Of a DNA stretch of 64,000 bases, positions 31,001 to 38,991 are shown piece after piece (position 1 is the stretch's first letter; every line of letters starts with the position of its first letter). This DNA comes from Chthoniobacteraceae bacterium (GTDB lineage: Bacteria > Verrucomicrobiota > Verrucomicrobiia > Chthoniobacterales > Chthoniobacteraceae), in assembly GCA_037190965.1 (NCBI GenBank), contig JBBCKI010000029.1, forward strand, positions 131,784-195,783, given 5' to 3'. A program made the position numbers and the translations under genes. Below the pieces are notes generated by a model, which was not told the DNA's origin, did no database searches, and saw only the letters and a list, made by a program, of their open reading frames with translations.

Positions 31001-32048
31001 CGGTAAACATGTCCTGGTTACCCGCGCGAAGTTCACCATGGGGTTCCAGAAAAGTGGTGACGTTCGGAAAAGCTGCCATCCGTCGGACGACGCCCTGCAA
31101 GACGCCAAGTTCAGCGTCTTTTCCGTCTGTCGAGCTCCATGAGAATGTTCCAATGCCGCCTTTTGCGTCTGAAGCATTGTGCATGTTGCCCACAAATTGA
31201 GGCATGGATTGGTTCGTTTCAGCGCGAAATCGATTGAGCAGCCACGGAGGGGCAGCGAACTGACCCGCGGCCAAATTGATGCCGATGGGCAGCTTGCGAG
31301 CGGCGGCCTCTTTTGCCGCCCATTCTTCCCAGACTCCATTGTCGAGCCCTTCGGCGGTATCGATACGATTTCCGACCCCATAAATAATGAAACCGGCTTC
31401 TCCATTCTTTTGCGCGAATTCGAATTCCTTGGAGATGTCGTAATTTTTGGCAACCTCCGGGTCTTTGGGAAGATCCCAGGCACGGTAGTAGAATCGAAAG
31501 CCGTATTTGTCCCACCGATCCAGCCACATGGGAACTTCCTTTTCCGCGCGGGATGACGCGCGAGAGAGGTCGCCCGTGAAATGATTCGTGACGAAGTTGC
31601 GCCAATCCTCCTGAGTGGCGGCTGCAGGGATGAATAGATTCGCGCCTGATCGAAGGGCTGCCACAACACCCTGACCCTCGATCTCCAACGCATCGATCTT
31701 GACGCTACCCACCTCCAGAGAGACTAGTTCCGCGCCGGGCAGGACTTGCAGGTCGGAAAGAAATTTCGCCTGAGTCAGCTTGGCTTTTTCCTCATCCTCG
31801 CAGGTGATCCGAAGGATCGATCCGGTCTTGTCGTCAGTCCAACTGGCGCCAGATATCCTGCCATAACCGCGGAGGGAAATCTCCTTCAGGGGTTCAATGG
31901 CCCGCAGGTCCGAGCCCGATACCTCCACGGGGGAGGACTTTCCCCACGCCGATTGAGCAGGAAGGGAGGCAGAGGCCAGAGAGATACCACAGAGAAGGGC
32001 CGCCGTAGGGAAAGAGAAAGGCATAGCAATGGATATGCTTGGTCTCAC
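28008..32048 (-). CDS. Large secreted GH42-like (beta-galactosidase-type) multidomain protein
   Basis: Signal peptide; FRKFLQERYENTKALNASW GH42-like segment; trimerisation-like domain (EQYVRAGGTFV...LGKGRIV); several beta-sandwich domains. Confidence 0.65.
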   Translation of the reverse strand: MRPSISIAMPFSFPTAALLCGISLASASLPAQSAWGKSSPVEVSGSDLRAIEPLKEISLRGYGRISGASWTDDKTGSILRITCEDEEKAKLTQAKFLSDLQVLPGAELVSLEVGSVKIDALEIEGQGVVAALRSGANLFIPAAATQEDWRNFVTNHFTGDLSRASSRAEKEVPMWLDRWDKYGFRFYYRAWDLPKDPEVAKNYDISKEFEFAQKNGEAGFIIYGVGNRIDTAEGLDNGVWEEWAAKEAAARKLPIGINLAAGQFAAPPWLLNRFRAETNQSMPQFVGNMHNASDAKGGIGTFSWSSTDGKDAELGVLQGVVRRMAAFPNVTTFLEPHGELRAGNQDMFTEYGPVADASFRKFLQERYENTKALNASWQGNYSSWDEVRVPEVASFSGWGPQALDLTGDWHVGWEEFSGTSLTKREMEKTLRIRAIATEKAPEDWYSESFDDSSWPTILAPGHDRIMFLEKRPAVFRQKIEVPAQWLAKNPRVWLYVWSLNRVTPESVTIAVNGQKVSETPLEHTIHHWEGVEVTKHLRPGSNQLAIRLPKGFLAYRVYLSPDSPRQYPDFGPGGNMRWVDFAEWIQWTRINAARRGMEMIRHVDQDRQIDLMAPDYYADGIKKLALQYGGNFKNTGYMLTFWNDYLSSIMRGAGLPFSVEPSSPAKDLPNFKKKIGLVHTEGIQGLDYFIHIGRVMWEPEIRKYFEENVPLIKLIGKYHSPQAEVAALHSTSVNALMAYPWGSDYNTNFRSGYWTWNVRSVLRSLYESDILTESSFASGDASRYKVIIDTNTSIMNEKLVGEIEQYVRAGGTFVTFVQTGRHTPAIRDSWPISRLTGYRVKAVDSYDKKGNPLKTRKLENAPGQSVFTNEWQNVAANGLTLEKEAPDAQDLLLWEDGSVAAGVRQLGKGRIVQIGCKFTGDSIPDRVDFDESNVRRSRESLRIATNALRTTLIDILRWRDVQPVPAKLVPTKDVLLRHYLSNNGLYDVWVLWNQSTENKASLDLQLQTNPLPAWAFDFRSGKKIPVDNGGIKVELPPEETFLYLTPRNHIADAPLDWFNLQRSWWRGTEAPPATPLPPAPHLFSSDLSKDWSFKPLGEDDQATAFIAADVDDSSWEKADMGVWTFPDKKDVNHAVLRRKFTIPEAWKNGEPSLWLVSWLGPTFADKGRIWLDGKLILDQGSEGLLDFKPEGGFKPGSEHTIAVEIEAKGSLAGAKGATWLWFWPTPESQIDLAGLWSPSEDVLRYGSPISLPGKYDCLTLRRSINIPSEKSGKQVVLDVTGTPLGVVINGKWVSRFWQKIGPRFHLNITPWIKFGEENEVELVNSAAGRGNVEKVSLNFYEAGVYP

Positions 32049-32079
32049 TGAGTAGAAAAGCGGGGGGGAAAACGCCGGG

Positions 32080-33798
32080 TTAGGCTTGGCGCCGTTTCCG
32101 CCGGACGAGGAAGAAGCCCAGGCCCAAGCCCAAGAAGAGGCAGGTGCCGGGCTCGGGAACCGCTATTAACTGGACGGTGAGGGATTTGCCGGTCGAATCC
32201 CAGATGTACCCATTGCCGCCGCCGTAGGAGGTATCCAATCCGTAGCCGACGGGGGTATTGAAGACGAAGGCGAGATCGACGCCTCCGGTCCAGGTTCCCG
32301 TGCCGGCGAACAGGCTGTAGGGAGTGCCGGTGAGCACGGTTCCCAGCGTGGTAAGATTAAAAGTGATGGTCTTGTCCAGGCTCAGAGCTCCGCTGCCGAA
32401 GTTAACTTTGTCGATGGAGGCTCCGTCCAATTGAAAATCAAAGGTGGCACCGTTGTTAGCGGTCAGACCGCCGCTGAGGGTTAGCGTGCCAATACCCCCG
32501 GTATCGCCGGGGGCGAAATGGGTGTTACCGGTGGCACCCGTGGCGGTGACATGGCCGGTGGCGAAGCCGGTTCCTCCCAAGGTGGCCCCGCCGGCCACCT
32601 GAATCACGCCTGTGCCCGTGGCTGAATTGCTGGTATTGGCCAAGAGGAGGGTGCCCGCGGAAACCTTGGTGCCGCCATCATAGGTATTGCCCGTGGCGCG
32701 GGTGAAACGGACGATGCCCGCGCCGATTTTTTCCACGGCGCCGCTCCCGGTGCCATCCTTAATCTCGCCGCTGAAATCGACCCGCCCGCCCGCGACGGCG
32801 GTCACTTGCAGGGTCAGGTTGTTCGTGCTGTTGGCAAAATCCATGGCTCCGGAAAAAACCGAGACATCGGCGGTGTTGCCTCCCACCACGCGATTGAGCA
32901 GCGCATTGCCGCGATCCAGGGAGACTGAATTTGCCACGGTCATCGACCCGCTGGTGAGCAGTCGGGCGGATTCGCCGGCTGCGCCCCCACCGTTGAGATC
33001 GGATCCCACGCGAACCTGGCCGGAGGAGAAGGCCTGGCCGTTTTCGAGCAGCACTGTGCCTTTGACGATCTGAGCCCTGGTGCCAGCCACTAAGTTGCTG
33101 CTACCGCTCATGATGTACGTGGCGGAATCAGCCGAGATGGCATCTTGCCCAAAAATCACTGAAGTGCTGGCCGAACCGACCGAGACGATCGAACCCCGGA
33201 AGATCAGCGTTCCTCCGGCGGCCTGGCTGAAACTGATAGCCTTGGTGCCAGTCCCGTTCCCCGCGGTCACGTTAATGTTTCCCGTCAGTTCCAACCGAGA
33301 CCCGGTGGCATTATTAATGTAATAATAAGTGTTGGAGCTGGTCGCGCCGGTCAGCGTGAGGTCGATGGCATTGGCGACGGTGATGTCGCCGGTGCCGCCG
33401 GTATATTCGATGAGGGTTTTGCTGGCGTTGGTGACGCCGGTCTGGGTGATGGTGGAACCTGTCAGGGAATAGCCGCCGGCGGTGAAGGTAAGTTTATCTG
33501 CCGTGACGCCTCCGCTGACCGTGATCGTGCCACCCGTTCCGCTGAAGATGGCTATATCGTTGGATGCGTTGTTCCAGGCTTGCAGGGTACCGAGACCGGT
33601 GCTGCCGGTATTCCAGAGAGTAGCCCCGCCGTTTTGCCAGGTGCCGGCGCCGCCGAGGCCTGGCGAGCCTTCATTGGCGTCCCAATAAAGCGAACTGGCC
33701 CAAGCGCCGGACGAGGCGATGGCAAAGAGCGAGGCGGCCAGCAGCGACCGGCCGCTGAAAGGGGTCTTCGAAGCGAAAGCGCGGGGGGGATTTGTCAT
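32080..33798 (-). CDS. PEP-CTERM surface protein with autotransporter-associated beta-strand repeats
   Basis: Signal peptide; VEKIGAGIVRF...NTYDGGTKVSAGTL repeat; C-terminal VPEPGTCLFLGLGLGFFLVRRKRR. Confidence 0.93.
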   Translation of the reverse strand: MTNPPRAFASKTPFSGRSLLAASLFAIASSGAWASSLYWDANEGSPGLGGAGTWQNGGATLWNTGSTGLGTLQAWNNASNDIAIFSGTGGTITVSGGVTADKLTFTAGGYSLTGSTITQTGVTNASKTLIEYTGGTGDITVANAIDLTLTGATSSNTYYYINNATGSRLELTGNINVTAGNGTGTKAISFSQAAGGTLIFRGSIVSVGSASTSVIFGQDAISADSATYIMSGSSNLVAGTRAQIVKGTVLLENGQAFSSGQVRVGSDLNGGGAAGESARLLTSGSMTVANSVSLDRGNALLNRVVGGNTADVSVFSGAMDFANSTNNLTLQVTAVAGGRVDFSGEIKDGTGSGAVEKIGAGIVRFTRATGNTYDGGTKVSAGTLLLANTSNSATGTGVIQVAGGATLGGTGFATGHVTATGATGNTHFAPGDTGGIGTLTLSGGLTANNGATFDFQLDGASIDKVNFGSGALSLDKTITFNLTTLGTVLTGTPYSLFAGTGTWTGGVDLAFVFNTPVGYGLDTSYGGGNGYIWDSTGKSLTVQLIAVPEPGTCLFLGLGLGFFLVRRKRRQA

Positions 33799-33801
33799 TT
33801 T

Positions 33802-34941
33802 CTACGAGGTTTTTGGGTTGGAATGGCGGGCCCCGGATGGGCCGGTCTTTTCGATCAGTTGATAGGGCTGCACAATGCGGGAGAATGGTTCTCCGGAGAC
33901 TTGGCGCTCGATTTGGGTGATCAGGGCCTCGGCAATGGCCTTTTCGCTAGTGACGATCTGCGAGACGCTAAAGGGACAGAGATAGTCGCGGCTCTCATTG
34001 CGATGAAGGACGAGTTTAAGATCCGAGGGAACCCGCACGCCTCGCTCGAGGATCGCCATCAGTGTTCCTTCCACGGTAATGTCAGGCTCGACCAGCAGGC
34101 CATCAGGACGATCTTTCAGATTCCATAAGGCATGGAACTCGTCGTAGCCAAACTTGGTGAGGGCAAAGCCACTTAACGTGGTGTTGCGCGGAATGCGAAT
34201 CCAGGAATTTTTGATCTTCAAGCCGTAATGGGAGGCCATTTCGATCAAAGAATCATAATAGTCTTCGTAAACCTGCGAGGCGGGGTGGACCGTAATCAAG
34301 CCAAGAGACTTGCAGCCCGACCTGGCGAGCCTTTGCATGCCGAGCTCAAACATTTGCCGGCTATCCGTCCCAACACTATAGGGAAGATTTTTGGGCGTGA
34401 TCGCCGCCAGCGGCAAAGGAAGCGATTGGGCCCACTTCAGGGTATTGCCCGGAGCGTCGACCAGGATCAAGCCCTGCATCTCACGGCGCTGGGCGGCCCG
34501 CTCAAGCGAGCCCCACATCGTCCCTGAATCGGTGGCGGAGCGGGGATCCATCCATGCGTGCACACCGATTCCCCGGCGCTCCATGGCCTTCTTCACCTCC
34601 ACAAGAACGCTACGGGAGAACCATTTATTGGGATCTGAAAGGGATTCAAGTTTTGCGTAGAGACCCACGGTGTGCAATCGGGCGATCTCTTCAGCCACGA
34701 AAGTTCCCTTGCCATGCCTCCGGATCAGCTTTCGGGTTTCCACCAGGTCAGCCAGGGCGGAATGCACGATCGTCGCGCCAACACCCCATTTCGATGACAA
34801 CTCGCGGGTGGACGGGATCTCGGTGCCCGGGGTGAGCCGGCCCGTATTGATAAGCTCCTCGACAAATTCCCGGATGCGCTGCCGGGGAAGGTCGGATTTG
34901 AGAATCTTGAGTTCGCTGAACACGGAAGTTGCGGCTGTCAT
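33802..34941 (-). CDS. GntR-HTH / LacI-type sensor hybrid transcriptional regulator
   Basis: IPSTRELSSKWGV...RRHGKGTFV HTH; C-terminal RPDGLLV...VRVPSDLKLV. Confidence 0.92.
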   Translation of the reverse strand: MTAATSVFSELKILKSDLPRQRIREFVEELINTGRLTPGTEIPSTRELSSKWGVGATIVHSALADLVETRKLIRRHGKGTFVAEEIARLHTVGLYAKLESLSDPNKWFSRSVLVEVKKAMERRGIGVHAWMDPRSATDSGTMWGSLERAAQRREMQGLILVDAPGNTLKWAQSLPLPLAAITPKNLPYSVGTDSRQMFELGMQRLARSGCKSLGLITVHPASQVYEDYYDSLIEMASHYGLKIKNSWIRIPRNTTLSGFALTKFGYDEFHALWNLKDRPDGLLVEPDITVEGTLMAILERGVRVPSDLKLVLHRNESRDYLCPFSVSQIVTSEKAIAEALITQIERQVSGEPFSRIVQPYQLIEKTGPSGARHSNPKTS

Positions 34942-34990
34942 GGCAGGGCTGAGGGAAGGAATGATGAGAGATTCGCCTGGATTGCTGAGT

Positions 34991-35011
34991 TTGTAAAGAA
35001 CAATGTGAACA
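34991..35011. promoter_or_regulatory. Candidate regulator site TTGTAAAGAACAATGTGAACA
   Basis: Near-identical to 35986-36006; GAACA direct repeat abutting a minus-strand -35-like TTTACA. Confidence 0.55.
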
Positions 35012-35073
35012 CTTGGATCACTTTGAACTCTTGGTGGACGTCTTTGTCCGTGACTTAGTGATTCTTCGTCAGA

Positions 35074-35928
35074 TCAGGGGTGTAGGGAACGCAGATGTTT
35101 GGCTAGCGATTCTTCCGGGAGCCAGCTGTCATAAAACGCCAGATTGGCCACGCTTCCCTGCCAGCCGAAGGCGGCATTATTGCCGTTCACCCCCACGTTG
35201 ATGGTGGAGACCAAGGGCTCATAACCCTCTCTGACCGAGGCGGGAACCGATACTTCGGCCACCTTCTCAAGGCCGGAGGCCCTTGTTCCCAGGCGCGCGA
35301 CAAAGGCGCGGAGCTTGCAGGTCGAATTCGATTCGAAGCGATACTGCAAGGCGAAGTAATACCAAGTGTCGCTCTCGAACGAAACGGGACTGGTGCCGCC
35401 TACCAGAACCGGCATAGCGCGAAAATCGCCGTTACTCCCCACCACCCAGGTCAGGGGTTCTCCTGACCTCTTTTGGGCTACGAACCAGCGATTGGCCGTC
35501 GACTTCTCGCTCTCGATGCTTAGTCCGGAAATAATCATCCCGGTTCTTGGCAAGTTGCTGTCCTGAAGGCGGGCAAGGAACTCCACCGTGCCTTCGCGCG
35601 GCCAACTGATAACCTTTTTACTACGCAGGCCGGATCCCTCTTTTTCCGAGGCTGGAGCGGGAATGGCGACGGCCAAACCAGAACCGGGCAAACCCTCCGC
35701 AAGCGTAGCAAAGCCGTCGCCGTTGCCCGAATAGGGCGCAAGCTCAGCCTCTTTGGAGGCATGAGGAATGACCTCGACCCGCGTGCCTGGCGAGCCCTCG
35801 AAAGCCCAGGTATAAACTAGAGACGGTTCGGCGGATTGCAGGCGCCCGAGAAGGTCTTCGGCCCGGGCCGTTCCGGTAAACAAGCTGGCGGCAAAAAAGA
35901 GCAGGGCACGAGGAAAGGACGGCTTCAT
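35074..35928 (-). CDS. Secreted LamG/concanavalin A-like domain protein
   Basis: Signal peptide; EGTVEF, TWYYFAL, WQGSVANLAFYDSWL motifs typical of LamG-like jelly-roll domains. Confidence 0.7.
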   Translation of the reverse strand: MKPSFPRALLFFAASLFTGTARAEDLLGRLQSAEPSLVYTWAFEGSPGTRVEVIPHASKEAELAPYSGNGDGFATLAEGLPGSGLAVAIPAPASEKEGSGLRSKKVISWPREGTVEFLARLQDSNLPRTGMIISGLSIESEKSTANRWFVAQKRSGEPLTWVVGSNGDFRAMPVLVGGTSPVSFESDTWYYFALQYRFESNSTCKLRAFVARLGTRASGLEKVAEVSVPASVREGYEPLVSTINVGVNGNNAAFGWQGSVANLAFYDSWLPEESLAKHLRSLHP

Positions 35929-35985
35929 TTCAAAAATGGGGCAAACTCGTTGATAAAAGTAGACAACTAGGAAGGAAGATCTATT

Positions 35986-36006
35986 TTGTCAAGAACACAT
36001 TGAACA
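35986..36006. promoter_or_regulatory. Candidate regulator site TTGTCAAGAACACATTGAACA
   Basis: Second copy of the 34991 motif; includes minus-strand TTGACA; lies in a divergent intergenic region. Confidence 0.55.
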
Positions 36007-36075
36007 GTTCGGGAAATCCCGGGGCGGTGAAGGTGTCCCTAGTCTTTTCGTGAACTCAGAACTCCAAGAAATTCC

Positions 36076-37761
36076 ATGCGAACCGTCTATATCAACGAAG
36101 ATAATCACCACTTTTACGGAACGCATCCGGCGGAAGATATGACCCCGGAGGGAGTGGACCGGCTGGTGGATTTTTACGCAGCCGGGCCGCACGTGGCTGG
36201 AGTTCTTTTTTGCGTGAATGTGCAGCGGGCCCTGTTCGAGAGCCGGGTGTGGGAGACCTTTTGGGGAGACTATGATCCTTCGTTGGGCGATGATCAGCCG
36301 GCGCTCCGCCGCACACACGGCATCCGAAATCATCTGTTGCTCCGGGAGCGCGGCATCGATCAGCACGCCCGCTGGCTGGCCCGGTGCCGCCACCACGGCA
36401 TCGAAGGGTGGCTGAGTATGCGGATGAACGATTGTCATGGCCTCAAAGAAACCGTCCTTGGCCGCTCGGACAACAGCAGGCATCACTGGGCGCCCTATTG
36501 GCCGAGCGAATTCTGGAAATCCCGCCCGGATCTCCGGCGAGCTCCCTATCGCATGGAAAGAAGCTGGGAGGGGGCATTCGATTACGGCAAGGAGGAGGTG
36601 CGTCGACACCATCTGGCACTTGTTCGAGAATTGTTCGAACGCTACGACATGCACGGCCTGGAGATGGACTGGATGCGCTGGGGGATGATGTTCGCCCCGG
36701 GCCACGAGGCCAAGGGGCGGGGAATTTTGACGGAATTCATCCGCGAGGTGCGCCGGCTGGCGGACGCCGCCGAGCAACGCGTCGGACACAAGATCCTGCT
36801 GGCACATCGTGTGCCGGCCCACCCGGAATCAGCGCTGGCTCTCGGCTACGACGTTCCGTGCTGGGCGAAGGAGGGTCTCGCGGACATGGTTGCGCTATCT
36901 TCTTTTCTGGGCAGCGCTTATTTCGACTATCCATTGGAAATCTGGCGGGCGCTGCTCGGGCCCAAAGTGAAGCTGCTGGCCCACGCCGAGGCCGGAGCCA
37001 AGCCGCACCCGGAGCATCTCGTAGCAGGCCATGAATTCATGTTCGGCTCGGCCGCCTCGGCCCTGCACCGGGGCGCGGATGGGATCTATCTGTTCAACGA
37101 ATGCTACCGGGAGAGCGACGCACCCGAGTTACTGAAACTCGAGATGCGGCATCTGGGCAGCGTCGATACCTTGAAAAGCCTGGCGCGCCGCCATGCGGTG
37201 ACGTTCCCACAGGTGCGCGCGCCCGGGGAGCCGGATCGCGCGGTTTTGCCGCTCCCGCTCCGCCTGCCTAAACTGGGAGCCGATTTTGGCCGCATGGAGG
37301 AAACTCTTACCCTCCGCATCTCCATCGGACCCGGGCCGAAAACGGGGCGGGCCATTCTGCGGCTGGGATTCGGCCCGAACGTGGCGCCGGCGGCTGTGGA
37401 GGGGCTCGAAGTTCGAGTCAACACCCACCTCGTCGACGAATGCCCGGCCCCGGAGTTTATCTCGATCTCGACCGAGACGGCGAAGAAGAAGGGTTGGGAT
37501 CTGGATCCCTTTCCGCCGACCGTTTCGGCATCGCTTTGCTTTGAATTACCTTTAGGTCTGCTGCATGACGACACGAATGTCATCGAGATCCTTCCTCCGC
37601 AAATCGATGGGTTCCTCGAATGGGCGGAGATTCTGCTTCTGCCTGCCGCCCGCCGCCCGCTCGTGCCGAAGTGGAGCCCGGCGGGAGAAGAGGGACAGGA
37701 AACGACTACGGTCGGGTCGGGGACAAATGGCCAGGAACCTCCTCTTCGAAGCAAAGCTTGA
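36076..37761 (+). CDS. Glycoside hydrolase-like protein (GHL10/DUF187-type TIM barrel)
   Basis: SMRMND, FDYGKEEVRRHHLALVRELFERYDMHGLEMDWMR, GADGIYLFN. Confidence 0.7.
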   Translation: MRTVYINEDNHHFYGTHPAEDMTPEGVDRLVDFYAAGPHVAGVLFCVNVQRALFESRVWETFWGDYDPSLGDDQPALRRTHGIRNHLLLRERGIDQHARWLARCRHHGIEGWLSMRMNDCHGLKETVLGRSDNSRHHWAPYWPSEFWKSRPDLRRAPYRMERSWEGAFDYGKEEVRRHHLALVRELFERYDMHGLEMDWMRWGMMFAPGHEAKGRGILTEFIREVRRLADAAEQRVGHKILLAHRVPAHPESALALGYDVPCWAKEGLADMVALSSFLGSAYFDYPLEIWRALLGPKVKLLAHAEAGAKPHPEHLVAGHEFMFGSAASALHRGADGIYLFNECYRESDAPELLKLEMRHLGSVDTLKSLARRHAVTFPQVRAPGEPDRAVLPLPLRLPKLGADFGRMEETLTLRISIGPGPKTGRAILRLGFGPNVAPAAVEGLEVRVNTHLVDECPAPEFISISTETAKKKGWDLDPFPPTVSASLCFELPLGLLHDDTNVIEILPPQIDGFLEWAEILLLPAARRPLVPKWSPAGEEGQETTTVGSGTNGQEPPLRSKA

Positions 37762-38848
37762 GCTGCAGCGACCGCTGGCCGGATTTGCCTTCCTGCAGAC
37801 ATTGGAGACTCTGCCGCAGCAGCAGGCCAATGTCGTAGCCCAGCCAGGTGACCGGTACATGCGTCGCGGGCAGAAGGGGATAGTTGCAATGGGAGATGAC
37901 CGGGATGCGGATACCGCATTCCTTCAGGCTCAGGGTGATCTGCTCGGTGAGGTTGTCGTTGCCGATCAGCAGGACGTTGGGGCGCTTGCTCACGGGCAGC
38001 GTAAAGAGCAACTCGATGATGCGCGCGGCCTCCTCCCGGCCTGAATAGTGGAGGCCATGGCTCCAGATGCGGCGCGTCTCCAAACCGAAAGCTTCGACCT
38101 GTTCCTGGAAATTCTGCATGTCGTCGTCTCCCCACGAATGAGATAAGAAACCCACCCGGCGGCGGCCGGTGGAACGCACTCTTTCCAGGGCTCGCGAGAG
38201 CCAGCGGGCGGGAGGCTCCGGTTTCAGGCCCTTCATGTTCTTGTGAAGGTGGATGCGGCCGGAAAGGCTCAGTCTTTCGACGTCCGGCGTGTCGAGGATG
38301 GCGGTGCCAAGAAGGTGATCGGGCGCCGCAGAAAAGATGAGGCCGCGGTAGAGCCGCCGGGCCACCCGGGCTTCCAATTCGAAGACGCTGCCTGTGCGCA
38401 GCGGCTCCTCGGGAAGATCCAGTACATCGATATTCGCGCCCTCCTCTCGCAGGCGGAGGGCTTCCTGGCGGATGGCCCGGAAGTAAAGTTCCTCACGGGG
38501 GCCGCGATCGAAGCATACCACGGCGTAGCGGTGAAGAAAGGGCGGGTTGTCGTGCACGAAGGTGCCCCGGGCGCCCTTCGAATAAATGAAGCCGGCCTTG
38601 CCGAGATCCTGCAGGACCGCGTGCGCCGTCGCGGGGCTGGTCTGAAACTTCCGGCAAATTTCCCGCTGGGTCCAAACGCGTCCGCCGGGCCGGAATTGCC
38701 CCTGCACGATCCGCTCACGGATCTCGTCGAAGATCTCATTGCGGCGCACGGGAGGACGGCCCGCGCCTCGAGGAAGCGGTTGGATCAGCTCGTTGTCGCC
38801 CGGCGAGGGCTTGGAGTTCTTTCGGGCTTTGGCGGTTTTGCTAGTCAC
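37706..38848 (-). CDS. GntR-HTH / LacI-type sensor hybrid regulator
   Basis: IRERIVQGQFRPGGRV...GARGTFV HTH; RPNVLLIGNDNL and VISHCNYP C-terminal domain. Start uncertain. Confidence 0.88.
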   Translation of the reverse strand: MTSKTAKARKNSKPSPGDNELIQPLPRGAGRPPVRRNEIFDEIRERIVQGQFRPGGRVWTQREICRKFQTSPATAHAVLQDLGKAGFIYSKGARGTFVHDNPPFLHRYAVVCFDRGPREELYFRAIRQEALRLREEGANIDVLDLPEEPLRTGSVFELEARVARRLYRGLIFSAAPDHLLGTAILDTPDVERLSLSGRIHLHKNMKGLKPEPPARWLSRALERVRSTGRRRVGFLSHSWGDDDMQNFQEQVEAFGLETRRIWSHGLHYSGREEAARIIELLFTLPVSKRPNVLLIGNDNLTEQITLSLKECGIRIPVISHCNYPLLPATHVPVTWLGYDIGLLLRQSLQCLQEGKSGQRSLQLKLCFEEEVPGHLSPTRP

Positions 38849-38937
38849 GCGGCTTCTAACTTGGCGGAAAACCGACCACCATACCAAGCGCTAAATGCGC
38901 GAAGGCGCGCTTGAAATGGCCAATTGCGGGAAAGGGA

Positions 38938-38988
38938 TTGACAGCGTTTGTGATATTGATTCGATAATATCTGTAGGATATTAATATC
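38938..38988 (+). promoter_or_regulatory. Promoter region with TTGACA and perfect palindrome GATATTAATATC (38977-38988)
   Basis: TTGACA at 38938-38943; GATATT-N8-AATATC at 38952-38971; 12-bp palindrome 3 bp before the ATG. Confidence 0.6.
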
Positions 38989-38991
38989 AAG

